Below, one piece after another: positions 36,008-45,343 of a DNA stretch of 64,000 nucleotides. The notes under the pieces are model-generated. The model saw only the letters and a program-made list of their open reading frames with translations. It did no database searches and had not been told where the DNA came from. The stretch is from contig JADFXT010000001.1 in assembly GCA_015233405.1 (NCBI GenBank), forward strand, positions 18,238-82,237, given 5' to 3'. Numbering within the stretch: the first letter of the stretch is position 1; each line of letters starts with the position of its first letter. This DNA is from Candidatus Omnitrophota bacterium (lineage in GTDB: Bacteria > Omnitrophota > Gorgyraeia > Zapsychrales > Zapsychraceae). The translations under genes were made by a program, and so were the position numbers.

Positions 36008-36466
36008 ATGAAACAATTCAAAAGGACTTCTAATAAACAATTAGGGGAGCTCTTGATTGAACGTGGCGTGATTACGCAGGAACAACTGCAGACCGCCATT
36101 GCGAAACAAAAAGAGAAAAAACGATTGATTGGCGAGATTCTCGTCGAGCTTGATTTTGCGACAGAAAAAGACATCGCTCAGGCTTTAACATGCCAGTATG
36201 GGATTCCCTATCTTCCGTTGGGGAATTATGAGATTGATAAAGAAATTCTGAGCATGGCCCCAGAAGATGTCTGCCGGAAATATTGTTTAATCCCCGTTGA
36301 TAAGATCGGCAAGAGCCTGACCATAGCCATGGCCAATCCTTTGAATACTCCGGCGATTGAAGCGGTTGAACTTCTCACGGGCTGCATTGTCCAAGTGTTT
36401 GTCAGCACGACAACAGAGGTTCTTCAGGCGATTAACAAAAATTATCCTAAAGCCGAGACCCTATAG
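36008..36466 (+). CDS. Stand-alone GspE/PilB N-terminal (MshEN-like) protein A
   Basis: QLGELLIERGVITQEQLQTAIAKQ..LIGEILV and IAMANP; no ATPase domain. Confidence 0.82.
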   Translation: MKQFKRTSNKQLGELLIERGVITQEQLQTAIAKQKEKKRLIGEILVELDFATEKDIAQALTCQYGIPYLPLGNYEIDKEILSMAPEDVCRKYCLIPVDKIGKSLTIAMANPLNTPAIEAVELLTGCIVQVFVSTTTEVLQAINKNYPKAETL

Positions 36467-36564
36467 AATTTTAGCGGCACGATGCATATCGAAATCTTTC
36501 CTCGCGGATCTTTTAGGCCGTGGGGAAATTCATAAAAATCATAGATGAAAAGACTTTCCATCCC

Positions 36565-38304
36565 ATGGCTTCCTTAAAAGACCGTCTACAACAGATACTC
36601 CTTCAGCATAAACTTGTTTCGCCGGAAAATTTGGACAAGGCGTTAAAACAGCAGGAACAGGAAGGCGGCGAACTTAGTAAGATCCTTATTAAGTTGAACC
36701 TTATCGACGAAGAAACTTTGATCCCGGTCCTTTCCGAGGCCATGGAAGTCCCGCTGATTCACATCTCACGGCTTCATATTGACCCAGAAGTCGTCAAGAT
36801 TGTTCCTCAAGATGTTGCGCAGAAATATCAGGTGATCCCTGTTTCCCTTTTAGGCGATCATTTGACCGTGGCGATGGCAGATCCTTTAAATATTTTTGCC
36901 GTGGATAATCTTAAAGCGTTAACAGGTTATACGATCATTCCGGTGATTGGCAGGGAAGAGGAGATCCGTTTGGCCATTAGCCGGCATTATGGTATTGAGG
37001 ATACAGGAACAGCGACGGGGAAATTCAAGGAAATCATCAAAGATATTCAGGACACAGGAGATATTGAACTCGTCAAGGAAGCCGGCCATCATGACCCTAA
37101 GGCCGTCGAGGAACTTGCAGACGATGCCCCAATTATCAAATTAACGGATACCATTATTCAACAAGCCGCATTTGCCAAGGCCAGCGATGTGTTTATTGAG
37201 CCGATGGAAAAGACCCTGCGGATCCGTTACAGAATCGACGGGATGATCCGAGAGATCGACCGGATGGCCAAATTCCTGCACGCGCCGATCATTTCCCGCA
37301 TCAAGGTCATTTCCAATTTAGATATTTCAGAACACCGCCTTCCTCAAGATGGACGGTTTAAAACGATCATCTCCGGGAAAATCGAGGTGGATTTTCGTGT
37401 TTCTGTTTTGCCGACGCCGTTTGGGGAAAAAATTGTTTTACGCGTCTTAGACCAGCAGGGCACGGTGCTGGATGTGGATAACTTGGGGTTTGACCCGGAA
37501 TCCTTACGCCGGCTCAAGGAGTGTTCTTTTCGGCCGCATGGGATGATTCTTACCTGTGGCCCGACGGGAAGCGGGAAGACGACGACGCTGTATTCTATCC
37601 TTAAATATATTGATTCACCCGAGAAAAATATCGTGACCGTCGAAGACCCGGTGGAATATCAATTGAAAGGGGCCAATCAGGTCAATGTCCGTCCGGCGAT
37701 CGGGTTGACCTTTCCGGCGTGTTTGAGGTCCATTTTACGTCAGGATCCCAATGTCATTTTGATCGGAGAAATCCGGGATACGGAAACATTGGATATTGCC
37801 GTTAAGGCTGCGCTAACCGGGCATCTGGTTTTAAGTTCGCTGCATACGACCACGGCCGCAGGGTCTGTGGTGCGTATGATGAACATGGGCATTGAACCTT
37901 TTTTGATATGCTCGTCGGTGTTGGCGGTTGTGGCTCAGCGGCTTTTACGCCGGCTTTGTCCGCATTGCAAAGAATACTACACGCTTTCTAAGGAGATTGT
38001 CGCCAAAGTGGGGTTGGCAAAAATTGTTTCGCAGGATACGGTGGTGTTATTTAGAGCTAAAGGATGCCCGCAATGTTTTAATACCGGATATCGAGGGCGC
38101 GTTGGGATCACAGAGATCATGGTCTTGTCTATTCGTCTTAAAGAATTAATTCTTCAGAAAGTTGGAGAAGGCAAGATCAAACACGTCGCCCGTCAGGAAG
38201 GAATGAAAACCATGCGGGAGGACGGTTTAAAAAAGGCGATGGAAGGGTTGACGTCGTTAGAGGAAGTTCTCCGTGTCACCGCTCCCGACGAAGAGGAATC
38301 ATGA
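36565..38304 (+). CDS. pilB: PilB/GspE-family assembly ATPase 2
   Basis: GPTGSGKTT, LRQDPN..GEIRD, SLHT and CPHC..CPQC motifs. Start placed at the ATG at 36565. Confidence 0.9.
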   Translation: MASLKDRLQQILLQHKLVSPENLDKALKQQEQEGGELSKILIKLNLIDEETLIPVLSEAMEVPLIHISRLHIDPEVVKIVPQDVAQKYQVIPVSLLGDHLTVAMADPLNIFAVDNLKALTGYTIIPVIGREEEIRLAISRHYGIEDTGTATGKFKEIIKDIQDTGDIELVKEAGHHDPKAVEELADDAPIIKLTDTIIQQAAFAKASDVFIEPMEKTLRIRYRIDGMIREIDRMAKFLHAPIISRIKVISNLDISEHRLPQDGRFKTIISGKIEVDFRVSVLPTPFGEKIVLRVLDQQGTVLDVDNLGFDPESLRRLKECSFRPHGMILTCGPTGSGKTTTLYSILKYIDSPEKNIVTVEDPVEYQLKGANQVNVRPAIGLTFPACLRSILRQDPNVILIGEIRDTETLDIAVKAALTGHLVLSSLHTTTAAGSVVRMMNMGIEPFLICSSVLAVVAQRLLRRLCPHCKEYYTLSKEIVAKVGLAKIVSQDTVVLFRAKGCPQCFNTGYRGRVGITEIMVLSIRLKELILQKVGEGKIKHVARQEGMKTMREDGLKKAMEGLTSLEEVLRVTAPDEEES

Positions 38305-38307
38305 TTT

Positions 38308-40029
38308 ATGGCTAAAACCATTAAAGAAAAAGTTTTAGAAGACCTGATCATTTCCCGAAAGATCAGCAAAAGCGAACTTGAATTCGCCAAAGAGATACAG
38401 TACAACAAGGGAATTAGTTTGGACAAGGCCTTGATAGATCAGGGGCTGATTCAAGAGGAAGAACTGTTGTCTTTGCTTGTTCAGGAATTGAATGTTCCTT
38501 TTGTGAACCTTAGTAAATATAAAATCGACCCTGCCTTAAAAGAAATTATCCCGCAGAAAGTCGCTTATCAATATAGAATTGTTCCTCTTTCCGTCCTGGG
38601 AAACGTGATGACGATCGCGGTTTCCGATCCGCTTAATGTTTTTGTCGTCGATGATTTGAAGAATATTACGGGAAAACAAATTGATATTGTGATGAGCCTG
38701 GAAAAAGAGATTGTAAAGGCCATGGAGAATTATTATGGCCTGCAGTCAACCGCGACGGTCACAGAGGTCAGCCAAGATATCCAAAAAGACATCGCCAGTG
38801 ACGCTTTTGAGATCGTCATGGAGGGAGAAGTTCCGGAACATATGGCGAGCGTCATCGATGAAAGCGAGAAGGCGCCAATTATCCGGATGGTCAATCTCGT
38901 TATTGAAGAAGCAATTCGTCAAAGGGCATCGGACATTCATATTGAGCCGGCGATGGATGTCGTGCGAGTCCGTTATCGCATTGACGGGGCTCTGCGGGAA
39001 ATCTTGGAGATCCCGAAAGAAAATCAGAACGCCGTGATCGTGCGTATCAAAATCATGTCGCGGCTTGATATTACGGCCAATCAAGTGCCTCAAGACGGGC
39101 GGTTTAAGTTAAAGATCTCACATAAAGAAATTGATTTTCGGGTTTCTCTTCTTCCGACGACATTTGGCCAGAAAGTCGTTATGCGCGTCTTAGACAAACG
39201 GAATCTTTCGTCCGGATTAAGCGGCCTTGGGTTAAATGAACGGTCTTTGGCGATCCTGCGCGAAGGGATCCATAAGCCGTTTGGCATGATTCTGGTCACT
39301 GGTCCGACGGGAAGCGGAAAATCGACAACATTATATTCCATTATTAATGAACTGAATACGGTTGACCGGAACATTATTACTATTGAAGATCCGGTGGAAT
39401 ATTTGATCGAAGGCTTGACGCAGATTCAGACCCGTTCAGAGATCGGCTTGACCTTTGCGGAAGGATTGCGGGCGGTTTTACGGCAAAGTCCGGATGTGGT
39501 GATGGTCGGAGAAATCCGGGACAATGAGACCGCCGATATCGCGATCAAAGCCTCTTTAACGGGGCAGATTGTTTTATCCACGCTTCACACTAATGATGCG
39601 GCCGGCGCGTTGACCCGTTTGGTCGATATGGGCGTAGAGCCTTTCCTCGTCGGGTCAAGTTTGATTCTGGTGACCGCTCAACGGCTTTGCCGAAAAGTTT
39701 GCCCTCAGTGCAAAGAGCCTGTTGCCATTGACGAAAACACATTAAAACGTCTTAAATACGATCTTGCTCCTAAGGTTGTTTTTTATCATGGCAAAGGTTG
39801 CGATTTATGCCATCAAACCGGTTATTTTGGTAGGACGAGTATTACGGAAATTTTAGAAATTGACGACAATATCCGTTATATGCTTTTGTCCGGAGACTCT
39901 TCCGATAAGATCAAGGAATATGCGCTTAAGAAAAAAGGCATGACAACCCTTTGGGCTGATGCTATGGATAAATGTGTTTCAGGGATCATTTCTTTAGAAG
40001 AAGTCTTACGCGTGACAACAAGCGATTAA
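38308..40029 (+). CDS. pilB: PilB/GspE-family assembly ATPase 3
   Basis: ASDIHIEP, GPTGSGKST, LRQSPD..GEIRD, STLHTND and CPQC..CDLC motifs. Confidence 0.9.
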   Translation: MAKTIKEKVLEDLIISRKISKSELEFAKEIQYNKGISLDKALIDQGLIQEEELLSLLVQELNVPFVNLSKYKIDPALKEIIPQKVAYQYRIVPLSVLGNVMTIAVSDPLNVFVVDDLKNITGKQIDIVMSLEKEIVKAMENYYGLQSTATVTEVSQDIQKDIASDAFEIVMEGEVPEHMASVIDESEKAPIIRMVNLVIEEAIRQRASDIHIEPAMDVVRVRYRIDGALREILEIPKENQNAVIVRIKIMSRLDITANQVPQDGRFKLKISHKEIDFRVSLLPTTFGQKVVMRVLDKRNLSSGLSGLGLNERSLAILREGIHKPFGMILVTGPTGSGKSTTLYSIINELNTVDRNIITIEDPVEYLIEGLTQIQTRSEIGLTFAEGLRAVLRQSPDVVMVGEIRDNETADIAIKASLTGQIVLSTLHTNDAAGALTRLVDMGVEPFLVGSSLILVTAQRLCRKVCPQCKEPVAIDENTLKRLKYDLAPKVVFYHGKGCDLCHQTGYFGRTSITEILEIDDNIRYMLLSGDSSDKIKEYALKKKGMTTLWADAMDKCVSGIISLEEVLRVTTSD

Positions 40030-40123
40030 TGGTAAAAATTCTTTTTCGTATTTATTTATTTCCAAGAAAGGTTTTAGTGTTAAAATAAAAATAATACTAT
40101 TAACTTTTTAAGAGATATAGCCT

Positions 40124-40585
40124 ATGTTAGCTCAAAAAGAGTATTGTGTTGCCAAAAAAGAACTTTTAGGCCAGATTCTCATTAACCGGGATTTGATCAC
40201 CTCTGAACAGCTTAGGTATGCGTTAAAGCTGCAAAAGAAAGAACGGGGCTATTTGGGCGACGTCCTCGTTAAATATGGATTTGTCGACGAGAAAGATGTG
40301 ATGGTTGCGCTTGTGGTCCAATGTAATTTTGCCTATATTGCGATTGACCGGTATGATATTGACCCGAAATTGACAGAGCTTGTTCCCCGAGAAATGGCTT
40401 GCCGGGCACATGTCGTGCCTTTGGAGCAGGTCGGAGATGTGTTAAGTATCGTCATGGCCAATCCGCTCGATTTTTCTATTAAAGAAGAATTGCAGAAATT
40501 AACCAAATGCCACATCGCGTCTTTTATCGCCACGCGGGTTGAGATCGATAACGCGATCAATCGATGTTATCCTAAAAGGATTTAA
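40124..40585 (+). CDS. Stand-alone GspE/PilB N-terminal (MshEN-like) protein B
   Basis: LLGQILINRDLITSEQLRYALKLQ..YLGDVLVKYGFV and VMANP; paralog of 36008..36466. Confidence 0.82.
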   Translation: MLAQKEYCVAKKELLGQILINRDLITSEQLRYALKLQKKERGYLGDVLVKYGFVDEKDVMVALVVQCNFAYIAIDRYDIDPKLTELVPREMACRAHVVPLEQVGDVLSIVMANPLDFSIKEELQKLTKCHIASFIATRVEIDNAINRCYPKRI

Positions 40586-40591
40586 ATTCCT

Positions 40592-41800
40592 ATGGCAACG
40601 TTCAAATATACTGTTAAAGATGAAAATTCTAAAACGATTTCCGGAAAGTTTTCTGCGGACAACCGGGAAGCTGTCATTGAGGAACTTAGAAAAAGGAAAT
40701 ACATCATTATTTCCCTTGCGGAAACCAAAGAGGAAGGGCCGAAGAGGGCGCCTTTTCAAAAAGATAAAGTCAACCCCGATGAGATTGTTCTATTTGCTCG
40801 CCAATTAGCAACGATGATTGACGCCGGAATTCCTATCCTGCAGGCTTTGGATGCGTTAGAGCAGCAGACAACCAATGCCTTTTTTAAGGCGGTCTTAGGG
40901 ACGATGAAAACAGATATTGAACACGGTAGCAGCCTCTCGGCGGCATTTGCCAAACATCCGAAGGTCTTTAACGTTTTGTTTATTAATATGGTCAAAGTCG
41001 GAGAAACAGGGGGCGTTTTAAGCCAGGTATTGGACCGCGTTTCCAGTTATATGGAAAAGACCTTGAAGCTCCAGCGAAAAGTTAAAGCGGCGTTAACTTA
41101 TCCGATCGTAGTTGTCTCGATGGCCATCATCATTACCGTTGGTTTACTGGTGAAGGTTGTCCCGACCTTTGCCAAAATTTATGATTCGTTAAATCAAAAA
41201 CTGCCGGCCATGACCCTTTTGTTGATTACGATCAGTAATTTATTAAAACAGCAACTTCCTTTAATCCTTGTAATTTTAATTGTCACCGCTGTTTTTCTTT
41301 CTCGATGGCACAAATCAGAAAAAGGGGCGCGGGTGATTGACGGTGCGATATTAAAGATGCCGATCTTTGGGGACCTTTTACGCAAGGTGGCCATCAGCCG
41401 TTTTAGCCGCACCTTGGCAACTCTGATTCAAAGTGGCGTGCCTATTTTGGAAGCGCTGAATGTCGTCCAAAAAACGATCGGAAATAAAATTTTGGAAGAT
41501 GTCATTGAAGATGTTAAAGTGAATGTCAAAGAAGGGGAAAGTATCGCGGCCCCACTGGAACGCAGTAAGGTCTTTCCCGCGATGGTCACGCGCATGATTA
41601 GCGTCGGAGAAAAATCCGGAAAAATGGAGACGATGCTTCTGAAGGTTTCCGAATTTTATGATGACCAGGTCGATGCTGCTGTGGACGGATTGACCAGCAT
41701 CATCGAGCCTTTGATCATCGGAGTTTTAGGTATTATTATTGGTTTTATTGTCATTGCGTTATTTATGCCAATCTTGGCAATCACACAATTAATCAAATAG
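40592..41800 (+). CDS. pilC: PilC/GspF platform protein 2
   Basis: FARQLATMIDAGIP, GETGGVL, ALTYP, GEKSGKME and IIEP..LFMPI motifs. Confidence 0.94.
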   Translation: MATFKYTVKDENSKTISGKFSADNREAVIEELRKRKYIIISLAETKEEGPKRAPFQKDKVNPDEIVLFARQLATMIDAGIPILQALDALEQQTTNAFFKAVLGTMKTDIEHGSSLSAAFAKHPKVFNVLFINMVKVGETGGVLSQVLDRVSSYMEKTLKLQRKVKAALTYPIVVVSMAIIITVGLLVKVVPTFAKIYDSLNQKLPAMTLLLITISNLLKQQLPLILVILIVTAVFLSRWHKSEKGARVIDGAILKMPIFGDLLRKVAISRFSRTLATLIQSGVPILEALNVVQKTIGNKILEDVIEDVKVNVKEGESIAAPLERSKVFPAMVTRMISVGEKSGKMETMLLKVSEFYDDQVDAAVDGLTSIIEPLIIGVLGIIIGFIVIALFMPILAITQLIK

Positions 41801-41808
41801 GATCTTCT

Positions 41809-42816
41809 ATGAACGGGCAAAAAAATAAATTTTCTAGACTTGGGAAGTTTTTGGCAGTGGCAGCAGCATGTTTTATTTCGAATGTTTGTCTGGCCCAAAC
41901 AGTATCCGTCAGGGTTTATGATCAAAATAACCCGGATAACCCAACAGGGCCAACCACACAAAATATTAACGCTCTTGAGCAAAAGAATGATTATCTCGTC
42001 AGACAGATCCATGAATTAGAAAAAAGCACAACTGATATGGACAGGCAGATTAAGGCCTTGGACCAGGATTTAAAAGATGTTCGGGAAGCTGTGATCGATC
42101 AAAAAGCCAGGAATCAGGCGATGGCACAGCAAAAAATAACGGAAGAAGCTTTGTTGAAAGAAAAACGGGTCCGGGTCCAATTGGAAGGCGTGCAGGTCAG
42201 CAAAGAAATCATGCTCTTGGAAAAAGAACTGTTGTCCCGAGAGAAACAGGAGCTGTCGCTGACAAATAATATTAAGATCCTCACGCAGGAAATAGGCGTC
42301 TTAAAGAATCAGATGATTGCAATGGAACACCAGAATAAAAATGCGGAAAAGAAGGTGTTACGAGAAAGCATCCTCGTCAGCGAGAAGAAAATAACTCAAT
42401 TGAATCGTGAACTCGAGCAGGTTAAGAAAAAGTATCGAGCCCCGACAGAAACCTTGGAGAAATTAAAAGCGGACAATTTTTTGCTAAAGCAGCAAGCGGA
42501 AATTATCACGAAAGATTTAAAAGATTCTCTTAAAAATAAAGATGTTCGGCAAAAAGAATATGAACAAAAAGAACAAGAGAACCAAAAACAAGTTTTAAAG
42601 CTTACGGAAGACATTGAGCAATTGAAAACAAAAAAGAAAAATTTGGAAGAAGTCCTTGCGCAGGCGGAGCTTAAGTTAAAAGAAAAGAAAAAGGATTTGA
42701 TAAATCCGGAAGAAGGCCAAAAAGAGATTGAAAGACTGCAGAAGACCTTAGACGCTATTAACGACGAGAATTTGAAATTGGAAGAACAGAAAAATGTTTA
42801 CTCTTCCCAGAATTAA
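41809..42816 (+). CDS. Exported coiled-coil protein of unknown function
   Basis: Signal peptide (..NVCLA|Q) followed by a long E/K/Q-rich heptad region. Confidence 0.7.
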   Translation: MNGQKNKFSRLGKFLAVAAACFISNVCLAQTVSVRVYDQNNPDNPTGPTTQNINALEQKNDYLVRQIHELEKSTTDMDRQIKALDQDLKDVREAVIDQKARNQAMAQQKITEEALLKEKRVRVQLEGVQVSKEIMLLEKELLSREKQELSLTNNIKILTQEIGVLKNQMIAMEHQNKNAEKKVLRESILVSEKKITQLNRELEQVKKKYRAPTETLEKLKADNFLLKQQAEIITKDLKDSLKNKDVRQKEYEQKEQENQKQVLKLTEDIEQLKTKKKNLEEVLAQAELKLKEKKKDLINPEEGQKEIERLQKTLDAINDENLKLEEQKNVYSSQN

Positions 42817-42887
42817 ACTGGGCGAGTTGTTTTAAAGCTGCCTTTAGTAAAAAATCCTCAGATGATTCCCGTTGATGCTTGCCCGGT

Positions 42888-42916
42888 TTGCAAATTATTT
42901 TTTAATGTGCTACACT
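42888..42916 (+). promoter_or_regulatory. Putative sigma70 promoter upstream of riboswitch 2
   Basis: TTGCAA-N17-TACACT with TGn. Confidence 0.5.
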
Positions 42917-42940
42917 TAAATTGAAAGCTGAAATTTGCTT

Positions 42941-43030
42941 TTGTGAAAAAAGGTAAACCATTCGAAAGGATGGGACACAAAACTAAAGGGCCCTCAAGCC
43001 GTTAAAAGCTCGGGCAGCCAGTTGCCACAT
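42941..43030 (+). ncRNA. c-di-GMP-I (GEMM-I) riboswitch aptamer upstream of the pilin gene
   Basis: GGTAAACCATTC-GAAA-GGATGGGACACAAAAC..AGGGCC..GGCAGCCAGTTGCC; shows a compensatory U-A pair where copy 1 has C-G. Confidence 0.9.
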
Positions 43031-43087
43031 AAGGAACAAGAGCCGTGGAAAGAATTCGGAGCTTTTCTCTTTCCTGGAGTTATTGAT

Positions 43088-43121
43088 CCCGTTCCCGTTT
43101 GTGGAATGGGTTTTTTATTTT
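43088..43121 (+). terminator. Intrinsic terminator downstream of riboswitch 2
   Basis: CCCGTTCC..GGAATGGG stem followed by TTTTTTATTTT. Confidence 0.75.
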
Positions 43122-43163
43122 ATGGGAAAAGGTTAAGCGTATTTTGAAAAAACAATATATAAA

Positions 43164-43193
43164 TTGACAAAGAAAGGAGGTGGGTGTTACAAT
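43164..43193 (+). promoter_or_regulatory. Putative second sigma70 promoter for the pilin gene
   Basis: TTGACA-N18-TACAAT with TGn. Confidence 0.5.
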
Positions 43194-43408
43194 CAGTTAA
43201 GATTTAAAGGTTTCTTAAAACCTTGAGCCATAAGAATTTAGGTCAAATTGGAAAAGGGTTGAAAAGGGAAAAAAAGAAATAAAACGTCATTATATTATTT
43301 ATTATTTTATTCCTCTTGATTTTCCTGATCTCTCCTTCCTCCTGAAATGACTCGTAAATTCCTTCTGGCTCGAAAAACCCCTTATTAAAGGGAAGAGGAG
43401 GAATTACT

Positions 43409-43828
43409 ATGAGAATCAGAAATCAGAAAGGTTTTACGCTCGTCGAAATTATGATCGTCGTTGCGATCATAGCCCTGTTGGCCGCTATTGCAATCCCGAA
43501 CTTGTTAAGAGCCAAGATGTCCGCTAATGAAGCATTAGCACAGAGCACGCTTCGCGCTATGTCAACGGCAGCAGAAACTTTTGCCTCCGCACATAACGGT
43601 ACTTATCCTACAGCTGGTCAGTTAACAACCGGCGGGCCAAAGTATATTGAAGTCGATTATTGCGATGCTGGTGGAAATCCTCGTTCTGGATATAATTATA
43701 CTTGTCCGACCCAGACGACTACCGGGTATAGTTTTGTTGCTACGCCGGCGTCTGCATCGACGGGTTCAAAGACATTCACCATTGTTACAGGTGGCGTATT
43801 GTCAAACGTGGATTTTGTAGCTCAATAA
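43409..43828 (+). CDS. Type IV pilin, probable major pilin of locus 2
   Basis: QKG|FTLVEIMIVVAIIALLAAIAIP; strong GAGGAGG ribosome-binding site; has its own terminator. Confidence 0.92.
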   Translation: MRIRNQKGFTLVEIMIVVAIIALLAAIAIPNLLRAKMSANEALAQSTLRAMSTAAETFASAHNGTYPTAGQLTTGGPKYIEVDYCDAGGNPRSGYNYTCPTQTTTGYSFVATPASASTGSKTFTIVTGGVLSNVDFVAQ

Positions 43829-43868
43829 TAAGGACCGTTATTGGTTTTGATGTGGCAGTTGTATTTTT

Positions 43869-43902
43869 AAAAAGGGGGGCTTTTAAAAAGCCCCCCTTTT
43901 TT
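43869..43902. terminator. Bidirectional-type intrinsic terminator after the pilin gene
   Basis: AAAAAGGGGGGC-TTTTAAAAA-GCCCCCCTTTTTT. Confidence 0.85.
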
Positions 43903-43947
43903 ATGGTAAAACGACACATTTATTATATGATAAATGAGATGAAAAAT

Positions 43948-44400
43948 ATGAAAAACAAGAAGCAATATATTCAAGGATTCACGCTGATGGAGCTGATGGT
44001 TGTGACGGTGATTCTGATCGTGGCCATCGGAGGGATTCTGGCGACATATATTCAGTGCTTGGCAATAAGCGAGATATCACGAAATTCCACGACAGCGATG
44101 ATTGCCGCTAAAAGCAGGTTGGAAGATATCAAGAATGCGTCTTTTGATCAATTGGTGACAAAATTTAATAAAGTCAGTTTTTCTATTGGAGATCTAAACG
44201 GTATCGGCGTCAGTTATGTTGATAACACGAATTTGGATCTATATAAAATTACGATTTCTGTTTGTTGGCAACAAAGAAACGGTCAGATTATAGGAGAAGA
44301 CACAAATTTAAACGGGCAGTTGGATGCAGGGGAAGATGTCAATCATAACAATATTATTGATTCGCCCTTACAAATTGTAACGTATATTTATAATAGGTAG
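43948..44400 (+). CDS. Minor pilin (PilV-like) with DxNxNG Ca-binding-like loops
   Basis: IQG|FTLMELMV and GEDTNLNGQLDAGEDVNHNN. Start moved downstream of the terminator. Confidence 0.8.
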   Translation: MKNKKQYIQGFTLMELMVVTVILIVAIGGILATYIQCLAISEISRNSTTAMIAAKSRLEDIKNASFDQLVTKFNKVSFSIGDLNGIGVSYVDNTNLDLYKITISVCWQQRNGQIIGEDTNLNGQLDAGEDVNHNNIIDSPLQIVTYIYNR

Positions 44401-44402
44401 GT

Positions 44403-45320
44403 ATGGCTATGAATATTAAACAAAAAAATGGATACAGTTTGGTCGAAATGCTCGTTGTCGTCATCATTGTGGCGGTCGTTATGAATGCAATGATGGTATC
44501 GTTCATGGCCGGTCAAAACAGCTGGACAAAGACAAATAACTCTATTCAATTAAAGGAAAATTTAAGACGGACTATCCAGCGAATTGCCAAAGAGCTTCGA
44601 GAATCAGGGTCAGATCAAAACAATGCTTTAAAGGTCGCGATTTCTTACGGTCAAGGCGTCAGCAATCCGGCAGGTTTATATGCCGGCGGCACTTTTAACA
44701 CGGATATTTTGGATTTCGCTATGCCAATTACTTGTCAAAGCGATACGGTTCTTTTGGATTCAAGCGGTAATGTTAAAAATTGGGGTGCACCATTAACATG
44801 GGGATGCACGGACAGTTCTTGTATGGACCCCGGGAATAGCTGCGCAGTTAGCAATCAAAGGAAAGTGGAATATAAGATTGATGCGAACCATAATCTTTTA
44901 AGACGTGTTATTGAAGGCAATGGAGCACAGGTCAATCAAACGACTATCGCTGAACAGCTCGTGGATTTTCAGGTCGGATGCCCGGAAATTGACCAGGTAA
45001 CATTCTCGGACTTGGCCATGGTTAATGGAAGCACAACATTGACTTCTGCGACCGGAGGATTCACGGCTGCTATGGGAACGAATCATTGCATTATTAATAT
45101 TACATCCGGGACAAATTTTATCCCAGGTTGTTATGAAATTAAAACTTATTCGAATGCGAACACCGTTACTTTTTATAAGACGGCCACCAAAAGCGGTAAT
45201 GCTTCTGCTGGGAAAGCCACTGTCGGTGGAAAAGCATTAGTCACGTTACATGTCACGGCACAGGATGACGATGTGATTGTTGAAGAATGTATGGACATTA
45301 ATCTTCGAAATCACCAGTAA
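44403..45320 (+). CDS. Minor pilin (PilW-like), Cys-rich with an extra inserted domain
   Basis: KNG|YSLVEMLVV and IAKELRES motifs. Confidence 0.8.
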   Translation: MAMNIKQKNGYSLVEMLVVVIIVAVVMNAMMVSFMAGQNSWTKTNNSIQLKENLRRTIQRIAKELRESGSDQNNALKVAISYGQGVSNPAGLYAGGTFNTDILDFAMPITCQSDTVLLDSSGNVKNWGAPLTWGCTDSSCMDPGNSCAVSNQRKVEYKIDANHNLLRRVIEGNGAQVNQTTIAEQLVDFQVGCPEIDQVTFSDLAMVNGSTTLTSATGGFTAAMGTNHCIINITSGTNFIPGCYEIKTYSNANTVTFYKTATKSGNASAGKATVGGKALVTLHVTAQDDDVIVEECMDINLRNHQ

Positions 45321-45343
45321 GGGGCAGATAAGGAGATGTTGCG

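Noticed and set aside
43852-43947. N-terminal extension of the minor pilin ORF given in the track
   Set aside because: It runs through the intrinsic terminator, and the prepilin motif indicates a start near 43939-43948.
45009-45075. DLAM and TAAM in the PilW-like pilin (also TAAM near 16493) as further linker motifs
   Set aside because: They are isolated, lie inside apparent domains and lack the conserved chassis context. They show that the short motif has a chance background that must be controlled for.
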